From positions 2,112,001 through 2,176,000 of the forward strand of contig OY771555.1 of assembly GCA_963674785.1 (NCBI GenBank): a stretch of 64,000 nucleotides of DNA. Reading direction: 5' to 3'. A program made the position numbers and the translations under genes. The stretch is from Caldisericia bacterium. Its GTDB lineage: Bacteria > Caldisericota > Caldisericia > JAAYUI01. Positions 1 to 8,865 of this stretch are shown here, in pieces (positions within the stretch are counted from its first letter, which is position 1; every line of letters begins with the position of its first letter). The notes under the pieces are model-generated. The model was not told where the DNA came from and searched no databases. It saw only the letters and a list, made by a program, of their open reading frames with translations.

Positions 1-1683
1 CTGCTCAGAGAGGTTTTTCCCAAGGAGACCCGAAACCCATCTTCCAAAGTCTTCGATTGGTGCAACTACACTATTTTCCCACCAGTTTGCAAACTTTGTC
101 CAAGGATTTCCAATTGAAACATCAATCTGTCCGCGTTTTTCTGAAAGCCAGTTTGACTCAAATTCATTCTTTTTCAAAATGAGAATGTCATTTTTTACCT
201 GATCTTTTACATCCTCAAACGAAAGCTTTGTGGCTGGTCTATAATCAATCTTTTTAACAATAACCCATGAATCAGATGTTCTGACTGGCTCTGAAACCTG
301 TCCATTGGTCAAATCATAAGCTTTGCTTATAACTGTGGACTCAAATGGATACATTCCCTGACCTTCATATTTAACAGCATCTTCCAAGTTTGCCCAGAAG
401 TATCCACTTGCATCAGAGGCCATCATTGATGGAATCTCTCCACCGTTATCTTTTGTAAATTGGTCGATTGAGTACCTTGATGCAGCATCAGCAAATGAAA
501 GCTTACCTGATTTGATCTGCTTGATGATATCGTCAGCTTCTGCTTTTACCTTATTCCACTCTTCCTCGGTTGCAGGTGCAGCATTTTCATCAGTTACATT
601 GCCTACTGTAAGTCTGATGATTCCAACTCTAACACCTTCCTGGAGGTCATAATTTACGCTATTATTTCTGACCTCAGTGCATTTGATGATATGGAAGCCA
701 AACTGAGTCTGAACAATATCTGAAACCTCTCCTGGTTCAAGTGTGAGAGCCATTTTTTCAAACTCTTCGACCAAACCTGCTGTTCCGGCTTCGTTGATAA
801 GTTTTCCATTCTGGATGTTATACCAACCAAGATCGCCACCACTTCCTTTTTGGTCTTCTGTACTTTCATTTGCTGCATCAGCAAATGAAATTTCACCATT
901 AACAATCCTGTCGTGGATCTCTGAAAGCTTTTCTCTTTGGGTTTTTGCTTTCTCTGGTTCATCATTGATAACATCATACGAAAGCAATATATGTGAAAGT
1001 CTCATTGCACCCTTTTGGTTATACCACTCTCTTGCTTCTTCATCTGTTGCTTCCATTCCATCAAGAGTGTCACCGATTGCCTTCTGTCTGTGAGTTTTAA
1101 ACTCAATCTCGCCTGCAAACCTAGATCGAATAAAATCTCTTAGCTGGACTTCGTTTTCATACCCTGCATCAGTCATCCAATCTTCCCAGGTTTTTTTATC
1201 TTCTTCAGTCCAGTCCTCTTCTGGTTTCTGGACAACCTGAAGCTTAACCTCAGAATCAAGTTTATCTTGAGCAACCATGTTGTAGTCATCTTCGGTTACT
1301 GCAACATTTTCTTTCTTTGCCGCTTCAATATAAATCTTTTCCTGAATCAAACGCTGAAGAGTTGTGTCTCTTTCACCTTCAAGCTGCTGCTGAAACTCTG
1401 CTGACTGGTAATCCAACTGGTCAGATGGCAACTGTGCTGCGAGAGAATCAAATGCTCGGGATTCAACTTCATTAGTTGTGATAACCTGAGAGCCAACTCT
1501 GGCAGCTACATCTCTACCATTATATGCCCAAATTCCCATAACGATTAAAACGAGTGCAATGGCCACGATTGACCAAATTGTGATCTTCCAACCTTTTGAC
1601 AAAGGTCTCTTCTCACCCCTCTGTTTTACCTCAGGGATAATTTTTAATCTTCTAAGTTTGCGAATCTTACTTTCTCGGCCCAT
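1..1683 (-). CDS. PrsA/SurA-like membrane-anchored peptidyl-prolyl isomerase (foldase), 3' end outside window
   Basis: Not in the ORF track because it runs off the window edge. Manual translation: GGAGG SD, then MGRESKIRKL..., TM segment (WKITIWSIVAIALVLIVMGIWAY), VAARVGSQVITTNEV, and parvulin motifs SHILL, GGDLGW, GEVSDIVQTQFGFHII. A second parvulin-like domain follows. Confidence 0.85.
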   Translation of the reverse strand, partial: MGRESKIRKLRRLKIIPEVKQRGEKRPLSKGWKITIWSIVAIALVLIVMGIWAYNGRDVAARVGSQVITTNEVESRAFDSLAAQLPSDQLDYQSAEFQQQLEGERDTTLQRLIQEKIYIEAAKKENVAVTEDDYNMVAQDKLDSEVKLQVVQKPEEDWTEEDKKTWEDWMTDAGYENEVQLRDFIRSRFAGEIEFKTHRQKAIGDTLDGMEATDEEAREWYNQKGAMRLSHILLSYDVINDEPEKAKTQREKLSEIHDRIVNGEISFADAANESTEDQKGSGGDLGWYNIQNGKLINEAGTAGLVEEFEKMALTLEPGEVSDIVQTQFGFHIIKCTEVRNNSVNYDLQEGVRVGIIRLTVGNVTDENAAPATEEEWNKVKAEADDIIKQIKSGKLSFADAASRYSIDQFTKDNGGEIPSMMASDASGYFWANLEDAVKYEGQGMYPFESTVISKAYDLTNGQVSEPVRTSDSWVIVKKIDYRPATKLSFEDVKDQVKNDILILKKNEFESNWLSEKRGQIDVSIGNPWTKFANWWENSVVAPIEDFGRWVSGLLGKNLSEQ

Positions 1684-1818
1684 TTTTCCTCCAATACCTA
1701 ACGGCATTCTAACTTTCTATCAAACGGTTAGTTTAGACACACATCCTAAGAGTGTAAAGAAAAACTCTAACGAGTCTGACGCAAACCCATACAAGAAAAA
1801 GGTAAAAGTAGTTCTCAA

Positions 1819-2404
<586 letters not shown>

Positions 2405-2428
2405 TAATAGAATCTATTTGTAAATCAG

Positions 2429-2462
2429 ACCCTGGCATTTTTAACAGCCAGGGTTTTTTTTT
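2429..2462 (+). terminator. Intrinsic terminator/attenuator between pyrR and pyrB
   Basis: ACCCTGGC...GCCAGGGT stem followed by a run of T's. Confidence 0.8.
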
Positions 2463-2477
2463 GAAAAAAAATGCTGA

Positions 2478-2494
2478 TTAGTCAAGGAGGCTAA
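2478..2494 (+). promoter_or_regulatory. Candidate PyrR-binding hairpin overlapping the pyrB SD
   Basis: TTAGTC-AAGGA-GGCTAA hairpin resembles the PyrR binding loop AGUC-CAGAGA-GGCU and contains AAGGAGG. Confidence 0.45.
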
Positions 2495-2499
2495 CGATT

Positions 2500-3426
2500 A
2501 TGGGTTTAAAGAGAAAACACCTGCTTGGACTCAAGGACGTAAACAAGGATGAGATAAAACTCATTCTTGATTCCGCAGAGAGTTTTAAAGAGCTACTTGG
2601 TAGAGAAATCAAGAAAGCTCCAGTTCTAAGGGGCAAGACCGTTGTAAACCTTTTCATGGAACCCTCAACCAGAACCAGAACAAGTTTCGAACTCGCCGCA
2701 AAAACTCTTTCTGCAAATGTTATCAATATCAATGCCTCAACATCAGCAGTTCAGAAAGGCGAATGCCTTAAAGACACAGTGTTAACCCTGACCGCTCTTG
2801 GCGCAGACTACATTGTTATCAGAACCTCTATGTGTGGTGCACCACATTTCATTTCGACCTTTTTTGGTGGACACGTTCTTAACGCAGGTGACGGAATCAA
2901 CGAACACCCTACACAAGCTCTTCTCGACCTCTACACAATAAGAGAAAAACTCGGAAAAATTGAAGGGAAGAAAGTTCTTATTCTCGGTGATATTAGGCAT
3001 TCTCGAGTTGCAAGATCAAATATCTTCGGTTTACAGACAATGGGTGCAACAGTTGGAGTATGTGCTCCCCCAACACTAATCCCTAAAAACATTGAGGAAC
3101 TTGGAGTAAATGTTCACTACAACCTCGACGAAGCTCTCCCAGAATATGACATCGTTAACATCCTCAGAATCCAGCTCGAAAGACAAAAACAGGGTCTTTT
3201 TTCCAGTGCTCATGAATACTTTGAGCAGTTCGGAATGACAGACGATAGGCTCGCAAGACATCCTGATCTTATGATTATGCACCCCGGTCCAATGAACAGA
3301 GGAATCGAGATTGACCCCGGTGTTGCTGAGTCACCAAACGCAACCATAACAGATCAGGTAACAAACGGAGTTGCTGTAAGAATGGCAGTTCTATATCTCC
3401 TGCTTGGAGGTGAAGCAAATGAGTAA
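2500..3426 (+). CDS. pyrB: Aspartate carbamoyltransferase catalytic subunit
   Basis: EPSTRTRTSFE, HPTQALLD and MHPGPMNRG motifs. Confidence 0.97.
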   Translation: MGLKRKHLLGLKDVNKDEIKLILDSAESFKELLGREIKKAPVLRGKTVVNLFMEPSTRTRTSFELAAKTLSANVININASTSAVQKGECLKDTVLTLTALGADYIVIRTSMCGAPHFISTFFGGHVLNAGDGINEHPTQALLDLYTIREKLGKIEGKKVLILGDIRHSRVARSNIFGLQTMGATVGVCAPPTLIPKNIEELGVNVHYNLDEALPEYDIVNILRIQLERQKQGLFSSAHEYFEQFGMTDDRLARHPDLMIMHPGPMNRGIEIDPGVAESPNATITDQVTNGVAVRMAVLYLLLGGEANE

Positions 3427-4717
3427 ATCCATAGTACTTAAGAATGGCAAAATTGTTGACGTCGAAAAGATTGAAAGCTATATCGGAGATGTACTGATTG
3501 AAGATGGTATCATTAAAAAAGTCGGTAAAGACTTATCTGCCGATGAAACAATTGATTGTACCGGAAAACTAGTCAGCCCTGGTCTTATCGACATCCATAC
3601 ACATCTGAGAGAGCCCGGGTTTGAGTACAAAGAGACCATCGCAACAGCAACAAGGGCGGCAGCCGCTGGAGGTTTTACAACCATTTTTGCAATGCCAAAT
3701 ACAAACCCTCCATGTGATAACGAAGCCACGGCTATCTACATCAGACGAAGAAACGAAACAACAGGAATAATAAACGTTGAACCGGTTGGTTGTGTTTCAA
3801 AAAACCGTGAAGGGAAACTACTTGCTGAGATGGGTGGGCTTTCAAGAGCTGGTGTAAAGATGGTCACCGACGATGGATCACCAATCTCTTCTGCTAATCT
3901 GATGCTTCTTGCTCTCAAATACTCAAAAGCATACAACCTTCTCGTTGCAAACCATTGTGAAGATACAAGTCTATCGGGAATAGGGGTATGTAGTGAAGGG
4001 TATTACTCAACCCTTTATGGACTGACACCAATACCAAAATCCGCAGAAGAAACAATGGTTGCAAGGGACTTAATCCTTGCCCATGAAGCTGATGCAAGGA
4101 TTCATATCCTTCATATCTCAACCTCCTGGTCTGTTGAATTGATTAGACAGAGCAAATCACAGGGGACAAAGGTTACGTGTGAGGTCACACCACACCACCT
4201 AACTCTAACTGACGAAATGCTTGGTTCATACAATCCTAACTGTAAAGTGAACCCACCCCTGAGATCAAAAAAAGATGTCGAGGCCTGTAGAAAAGCCCTT
4301 CTTGACGGCACAATTGACTGCATCGCAACAGACCATGCACCACATGCAAGACAAGACAAAGAGGTTGAAATTGACCTTGCACCTCCAGGAATCAGCGGAC
4401 TAGAAACTGCTCTTGGACAACTGTTTGCAGAGCTTGTCCACACTGGCATAGCACCAGCCGAATTGATTCTTTCAAAACTCACTGCAGGTCCTGCAAAGGT
4501 TATTGGTATGGATGCTCCAATAATTAAAGAAGGAGCAAAAGCCGACTTAACAATAATTGACCCCGAAAAAGAATGGACAGTTGACCCTGAGAATTTCTAC
4601 TCAAAAGGTAAAAACACCCCTCTTAAAGGTAGAAAACTTAAGGGAAAAGTATTCGCCACAATAGTCTCCGGAAGGACAATTTATCTTGATGGAAAGATTA
4701 AAGAAGAAGTTTGCTAA
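3419..4717 (+). CDS. pyrC: Dihydroorotase
   Basis: DIHTHLREPG, KVNPPLR and IATDHAPH motifs; ATG at 3419 follows a GGAGG SD. Confidence 0.95.
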   Translation: MSKSIVLKNGKIVDVEKIESYIGDVLIEDGIIKKVGKDLSADETIDCTGKLVSPGLIDIHTHLREPGFEYKETIATATRAAAAGGFTTIFAMPNTNPPCDNEATAIYIRRRNETTGIINVEPVGCVSKNREGKLLAEMGGLSRAGVKMVTDDGSPISSANLMLLALKYSKAYNLLVANHCEDTSLSGIGVCSEGYYSTLYGLTPIPKSAEETMVARDLILAHEADARIHILHISTSWSVELIRQSKSQGTKVTCEVTPHHLTLTDEMLGSYNPNCKVNPPLRSKKDVEACRKALLDGTIDCIATDHAPHARQDKEVEIDLAPPGISGLETALGQLFAELVHTGIAPAELILSKLTAGPAKVIGMDAPIIKEGAKADLTIIDPEKEWTVDPENFYSKGKNTPLKGRKLKGKVFATIVSGRTIYLDGKIKEEVC

Positions 4718-5453
4718 AGTAGAGATCATCACAAATTGTGAGATACCAGGAAGCGAACTAAAACTGCTTTCATTTTTCGAGCCTACAATTGCCCTCACAT
4801 CAAAACCTGGGCAATTTGTTGAAATAGGAATTCCTGGCTGTGCTCTACCAAAACCCTTTTCAATAATGAATACTCAAAAGTTTGGTATCGTTGAGATTCT
4901 TTATCAGGTTGTTGGAGTTGGTACAACCATTCTTTCAAAAATGAAAGAGGGTGAAGAGATAACAGTACTTGGTCCACTCGGAAATGGTTTTTCCATCGAT
5001 GAGGAGACTGAGAATTGCTACTTGATAGGTGGTGGAACAGGAATTGCCCCGGTTCTTTTCTTCGCAAACTACTACGAAGATAAAATAAAATCCAAGCTAT
5101 TCCTTGGTGCAAGAACTAAAAACTTGCTACCCGATACAAGTCTTTTGCCAGAAGGCGTGGAGATTTCTACAGACGATGGAACACTAGGTTTTAGTGGAAA
5201 TGTCGTTGAACTTATGGCCGGAAAACTGCTCGCTCCTGCCCCAGTTTATTCATGTGGACCAAAACCAATGCTCAAATCAATTTTGGATTTTACTAACACA
5301 TGGAAAACAAAAATCGAGTTTAGCCTCGAAACTTATATGGGATGTGGAATCGGTGGATGTTTAGGTTGCCAAATTGAAACAAAATCTGGACAAAAACATG
5401 TATGCACGGACGGCCCCGTTTTCCCTGCAAGCGAGGTATCAGATGTCCTTTAG
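4689..5453 (+). CDS. pyrK: Dihydroorotate dehydrogenase electron transfer subunit
   Basis: PFS, GPLGNGF, GGGTGIAP, CGPKPM and MGCGIGGCLGC...VCTDGPVF (2Fe-2S) motifs. Confidence 0.92.
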   Translation: MERLKKKFAKVEIITNCEIPGSELKLLSFFEPTIALTSKPGQFVEIGIPGCALPKPFSIMNTQKFGIVEILYQVVGVGTTILSKMKEGEEITVLGPLGNGFSIDEETENCYLIGGGTGIAPVLFFANYYEDKIKSKLFLGARTKNLLPDTSLLPEGVEISTDDGTLGFSGNVVELMAGKLLAPAPVYSCGPKPMLKSILDFTNTWKTKIEFSLETYMGCGIGGCLGCQIETKSGQKHVCTDGPVFPASEVSDVL

Positions 5454-6363
5454 TCCAGCAATCACTTTCCTCGATAAAGAATATTCAAGCCCAATTCTTG
5501 GTGCATCTGGGACTTTTGGTAACGGGGATATATACAAAGATTTGTTGAATTATTCCAAAATCGGTGGTTTCGTAACAAAGGCTGTCACTGCACAACCAAG
5601 AGCAGGAAACCCCGGTCAAAGGATTTTTGAGACCTCTGGCGGTGTTTTAAATTCAATTGGCTTAGAAAATGATGGGCTTGCCAATTTCATCGAACAGAAG
5701 CTTCCAGAGTTTGAAAAATACGACTGTCATATCTGGGTAAATGTATCCGGAAATAGTCCTGAAGAGTATATCAATATCATCGAAACCATCGGAGAACACG
5801 ATTTTATTGCTGGTTTTGAGATAAATGTTTCCTGTCCTAACGTCGCTCATGGTGGCATGAGGTTTGGGGCATCAGCCGATCAGGTTCGATCTCTGACATC
5901 AAGGATTCGAGTTCGGACAAATAAACCCATCACTATCAAACTCAACCCAAATGTCATAGATATTGTGGAAATTGCGAAGGCTGCCAAAGACGGAAAAGCA
6001 CATGCAATCACTGTATCAAACACTTTCCTTGGCATGGAGATTGATGTCCACAAAAAACAACCTGTTCTTGGAAATGTTACTGGTGGATACTCTGGAAAAC
6101 CAATTTTCCCTCTAGCTCTCAGGTGCGTGTGGCAAATCAGAAAAGAAATTGATATTCCAATTATAGGCTGTGGCGGAATAACATCAGGACTAGACGGCAT
6201 AAAGATGCTTATGGCTGGTGCAAGTCTCCTGCAAGTTGGAACATCAACCCTAAAAAATCCAAGGGCTCTTGAGGACATTTCAAATGAGATGTCTGATTGG
6301 GCAGAGAAGAATGGATACTCGAGTTTCTCAGAAATCATAGGAGTAGCGCAGAAAAATGATTAA
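5443..6363 (+). CDS. pyrD: Dihydroorotate dehydrogenase, class 1B catalytic subunit
   Basis: ASGTFG, NSIGLEN, EINVSCPN and GGYSG motifs. Confidence 0.95.
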   Translation: MSFSPAITFLDKEYSSPILGASGTFGNGDIYKDLLNYSKIGGFVTKAVTAQPRAGNPGQRIFETSGGVLNSIGLENDGLANFIEQKLPEFEKYDCHIWVNVSGNSPEEYINIIETIGEHDFIAGFEINVSCPNVAHGGMRFGASADQVRSLTSRIRVRTNKPITIKLNPNVIDIVEIAKAAKDGKAHAITVSNTFLGMEIDVHKKQPVLGNVTGGYSGKPIFPLALRCVWQIRKEIDIPIIGCGGITSGLDGIKMLMAGASLLQVGTSTLKNPRALEDISNEMSDWAEKNGYSSFSEIIGVAQKND

Positions 6364-7078
6364 GGCAGCAGAACGGCTGATTGTTGGTCTCGATGTTTCA
6401 AGAGAGAAAGCAATTGAACTTTCAAAAGAGCTACCAAAAGATGTGATGGTTAAAGTTGGATTGAAACTCTTCGATTCAAATGGCCCAGACATTGTTAAAG
6501 AGATTGCTGAAACTGGAAGAAAGATATTTCTTGATCTGAAGTTTTTTGATATTTCAAATCAAGTCGCTGACGCTTGTGAGGTTGTCAGTTCGTTCGGTGG
6601 TGTCTCCATGTTTAATCTCCATGCCCTTGGAGGATCTGAGATGATTCAGAAATCACGAGAAAGACTTGAACTGACAGCTCAAAATCTTGGCATAAAAAGA
6701 CCAAAACTTCTCGGAGTAACAATTCTTACATCACTAGATGTTGATCTCTTAAACGAGATTGGAATCTCGGATGATACTGTCGAAAAAGCTGTTTTAAGAC
6801 TTGCAAAAGTTGCTCTGAATAATGGATGTGATGGACTTGTTTGCTCTGCAAAAGAGCTTCCAGTTTTAAGAAAAACTTTCGGCGATGAGTTCATTACAGT
6901 CACACCGGGAATAAGAAGAGCAACAGATGCTGCAGGTGATCAAAAAAGAATTGTAACACCGGAAACAGCCATCAAAACAGGTGCAACCCATATTGTTGTT
7001 GGAAGACCTATCTACAATAGTGAAAATCCTGTTATTGAAGCAACCGAAATAATCAAGGAGATTGAAAATGCAAAATAA
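6356..7078 (+). CDS. pyrF: Orotidine-5'-phosphate decarboxylase
   Basis: FLDLKFFDI, VTILTS, VTPGIR, DQKRI and VVGRPI motifs. Confidence 0.95.
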   Translation: MIKAAERLIVGLDVSREKAIELSKELPKDVMVKVGLKLFDSNGPDIVKEIAETGRKIFLDLKFFDISNQVADACEVVSSFGGVSMFNLHALGGSEMIQKSRERLELTAQNLGIKRPKLLGVTILTSLDVDLLNEIGISDDTVEKAVLRLAKVALNNGCDGLVCSAKELPVLRKTFGDEFITVTPGIRRATDAAGDQKRIVTPETAIKTGATHIVVGRPIYNSENPVIEATEIIKEIENAK

Positions 7079-7643
7079 CGACCCATTTGAAATTTTAAAA
7101 TCAACAGATGCCCTTCTTGATGGGCATTTCAAACTCTCATCTGGTCTACATTCAAAAAAATATATTCAATGCGCAAAAGTTTTTCAGTACCCAGAAAAGA
7201 GTCAACTTCTCTGTGAAATGTTAAAGGAAAAGCTTGCTGGACTTGAGATTGAAACGGTCATAGGGCCAGCAATTGGTGGGATTATCTTTGCGTACGAGAT
7301 GAGTAGAGCTTTGGGCATCAAAAACATTTTTGCTGAAAGAAAAGACGGAGAAATGACTTTCAGAAGAGGATTTGAAATCAAAAAAGGTGAAAAGGTTTTA
7401 CTCGCAGAGGATGTTGTCACAACTGGTGGCTCAGTTCTTGAGGTAGGAAAGCTTGCAGAATCTTTGGGTGCAGAAGTTGTTGGAATCACATCACTTGTCG
7501 ATAGATCAGGTGGGAAAGCAAAATTCCCATGGAAATTTGTTCCGTTAATTGAACTCGAAGTTGAAACATTTGACCCCGACGACTGCCCACTATGCAAGGA
7601 AAATGTCCCAATATATTCCCCTGGCTCAAGATTTTCAAAGTAA
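7068..7643 (+). CDS. pyrE: Orotate phosphoribosyltransferase
   Basis: GHFKLSSGLHS and EDVVTTGGS motifs. Confidence 0.95.
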   Translation: MQNNDPFEILKSTDALLDGHFKLSSGLHSKKYIQCAKVFQYPEKSQLLCEMLKEKLAGLEIETVIGPAIGGIIFAYEMSRALGIKNIFAERKDGEMTFRRGFEIKKGEKVLLAEDVVTTGGSVLEVGKLAESLGAEVVGITSLVDRSGGKAKFPWKFVPLIELEVETFDPDDCPLCKENVPIYSPGSRFSK

Positions 7644-7660
7644 GCAAAAAAATGTGATGC

Positions 7661-8134
7661 TTAGGATTTAATAATCTCTGTTAGTCTTTTACTTGAGAGT
7701 GCATACCATGCGACAACAGGTATAAGGACAGGAGTTGTTGCAATAAAAAAACTTGTAATATTAAGCATCATATCCGACATTGAATTTGATACCGCCATAT
7801 ATACCGCATAGTACTGCCCAAGTATTGTGAAACCAAGAAGTAGAACGCAAACAACAGTTGACCAAAGAATCAAGTTCCAATTAATTTTTTTATCTTTATA
7901 GACAAAACTGATACCCCAAGTGCCAATCATAAGAATCAAAAATGGGATCAATGGGCTAAGTAGTGATGTTGATACACTTGACGATCTCTCAACGTAATAC
8001 CCAGCATTCCAAACCATTCCGGCAACAACGTTATCTACGAAAAGAGCATACTGCTTTGCGATAAATGACCAGACAACAAAAACAAGAACTGTTGTCAAAA
8101 GAAGTCTCAATAAAAAGGCTTTTTTTGGAGTCAT
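7661..8134 (-). CDS. Exosortase-associated membrane protein (about 4 TM)
   Basis: Hydrophobic protein overlapping the exosortase stop by 4 nt; no catalytic Cys motif. Confidence 0.6.
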   Translation of the reverse strand: MTPKKAFLLRLLLTTVLVFVVWSFIAKQYALFVDNVVAGMVWNAGYYVERSSSVSTSLLSPLIPFLILMIGTWGISFVYKDKKINWNLILWSTVVCVLLLGFTILGQYYAVYMAVSNSMSDMMLNITSFFIATTPVLIPVVAWYALSSKRLTEIIKS

Positions 8135-8730
8135 TTTGTTTTCTTCGGGTTATCTTTTACAATCCATGTAACAAAAAGCCAGAACAGAAGAATAAGAAAA
8201 CCAATCATCATAAGCTGCCAAAGATAGGCATGCACAAAATCAAAGGCATTTGGCCAGTACGCGCCAAAAAGTCCGAGAACAATAAAACGGATCAAGTTCA
8301 CAAGATATATCGCAGGAATTCCAAATAAAAATCCCCAAATATTCTTCAAATAGTTGCCTGTCGGATAAGCAAGTACAGCAGCGGAGTAAACAATCCAAGC
8401 ATAAATACCAGTGCATTCATAAACAACTTCCATTCTAAATCCGGAAAGGTTTATAAAGGCTCCATTTATTCCTGCAAATACAGTTTCAAATGTGGCTGTG
8501 ATCCCAAACAATTTCATTATAAGAATCAACGGAGTGGATACAGAAAGAGTTAAGGCTTTTTGAATTGGATTAAGATATATCTCTCTACCACCCATCACGT
8601 TATACGTAGGTATGTTTAAATGCGTGACTATCTGGAGTACTACTGCGATAACAACGCTAAACAAAACCCACAGAATTACAGACTTATACTCTTTTAGAGT
8701 TTTCATCGATTTATCAAAAAAATTGCTCAT
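8131..8730 (-). CDS. Exosortase/archaeosortase-family transpeptidase (XrtH-like)
   Basis: Multi-TM protein with VVYECTG (Cys), NLIR (Arg) and FVH (His), the exosortase triad; adjacent to an IPTL-CTERM-like substrate. Confidence 0.85.
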   Translation of the reverse strand: MSNFFDKSMKTLKEYKSVILWVLFSVVIAVVLQIVTHLNIPTYNVMGGREIYLNPIQKALTLSVSTPLILIMKLFGITATFETVFAGINGAFINLSGFRMEVVYECTGIYAWIVYSAAVLAYPTGNYLKNIWGFLFGIPAIYLVNLIRFIVLGLFGAYWPNAFDFVHAYLWQLMMIGFLILLFWLFVTWIVKDNPKKTK

Positions 8731-8801
8731 GTTCCACCCTTCACTACATTGCCATACACAACAACTATTCTTAAAGTTTTTAAGAGTTTTTCAAGGACAA
8801 T

Positions 8802-8832
8802 AAAAAAGGAGACCACAGACTTGTGGTCTCCT
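8802..8832 (-). terminator. Intrinsic terminator after the subtilase gene
   Basis: AGGAGACCACA-loop-TGTGGTCTCCT followed by a T-run on the minus strand. Confidence 0.85.
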
Positions 8833-8865
8833 GGTAAAGTTTAATCAAACAAGCAAGATGTTACT

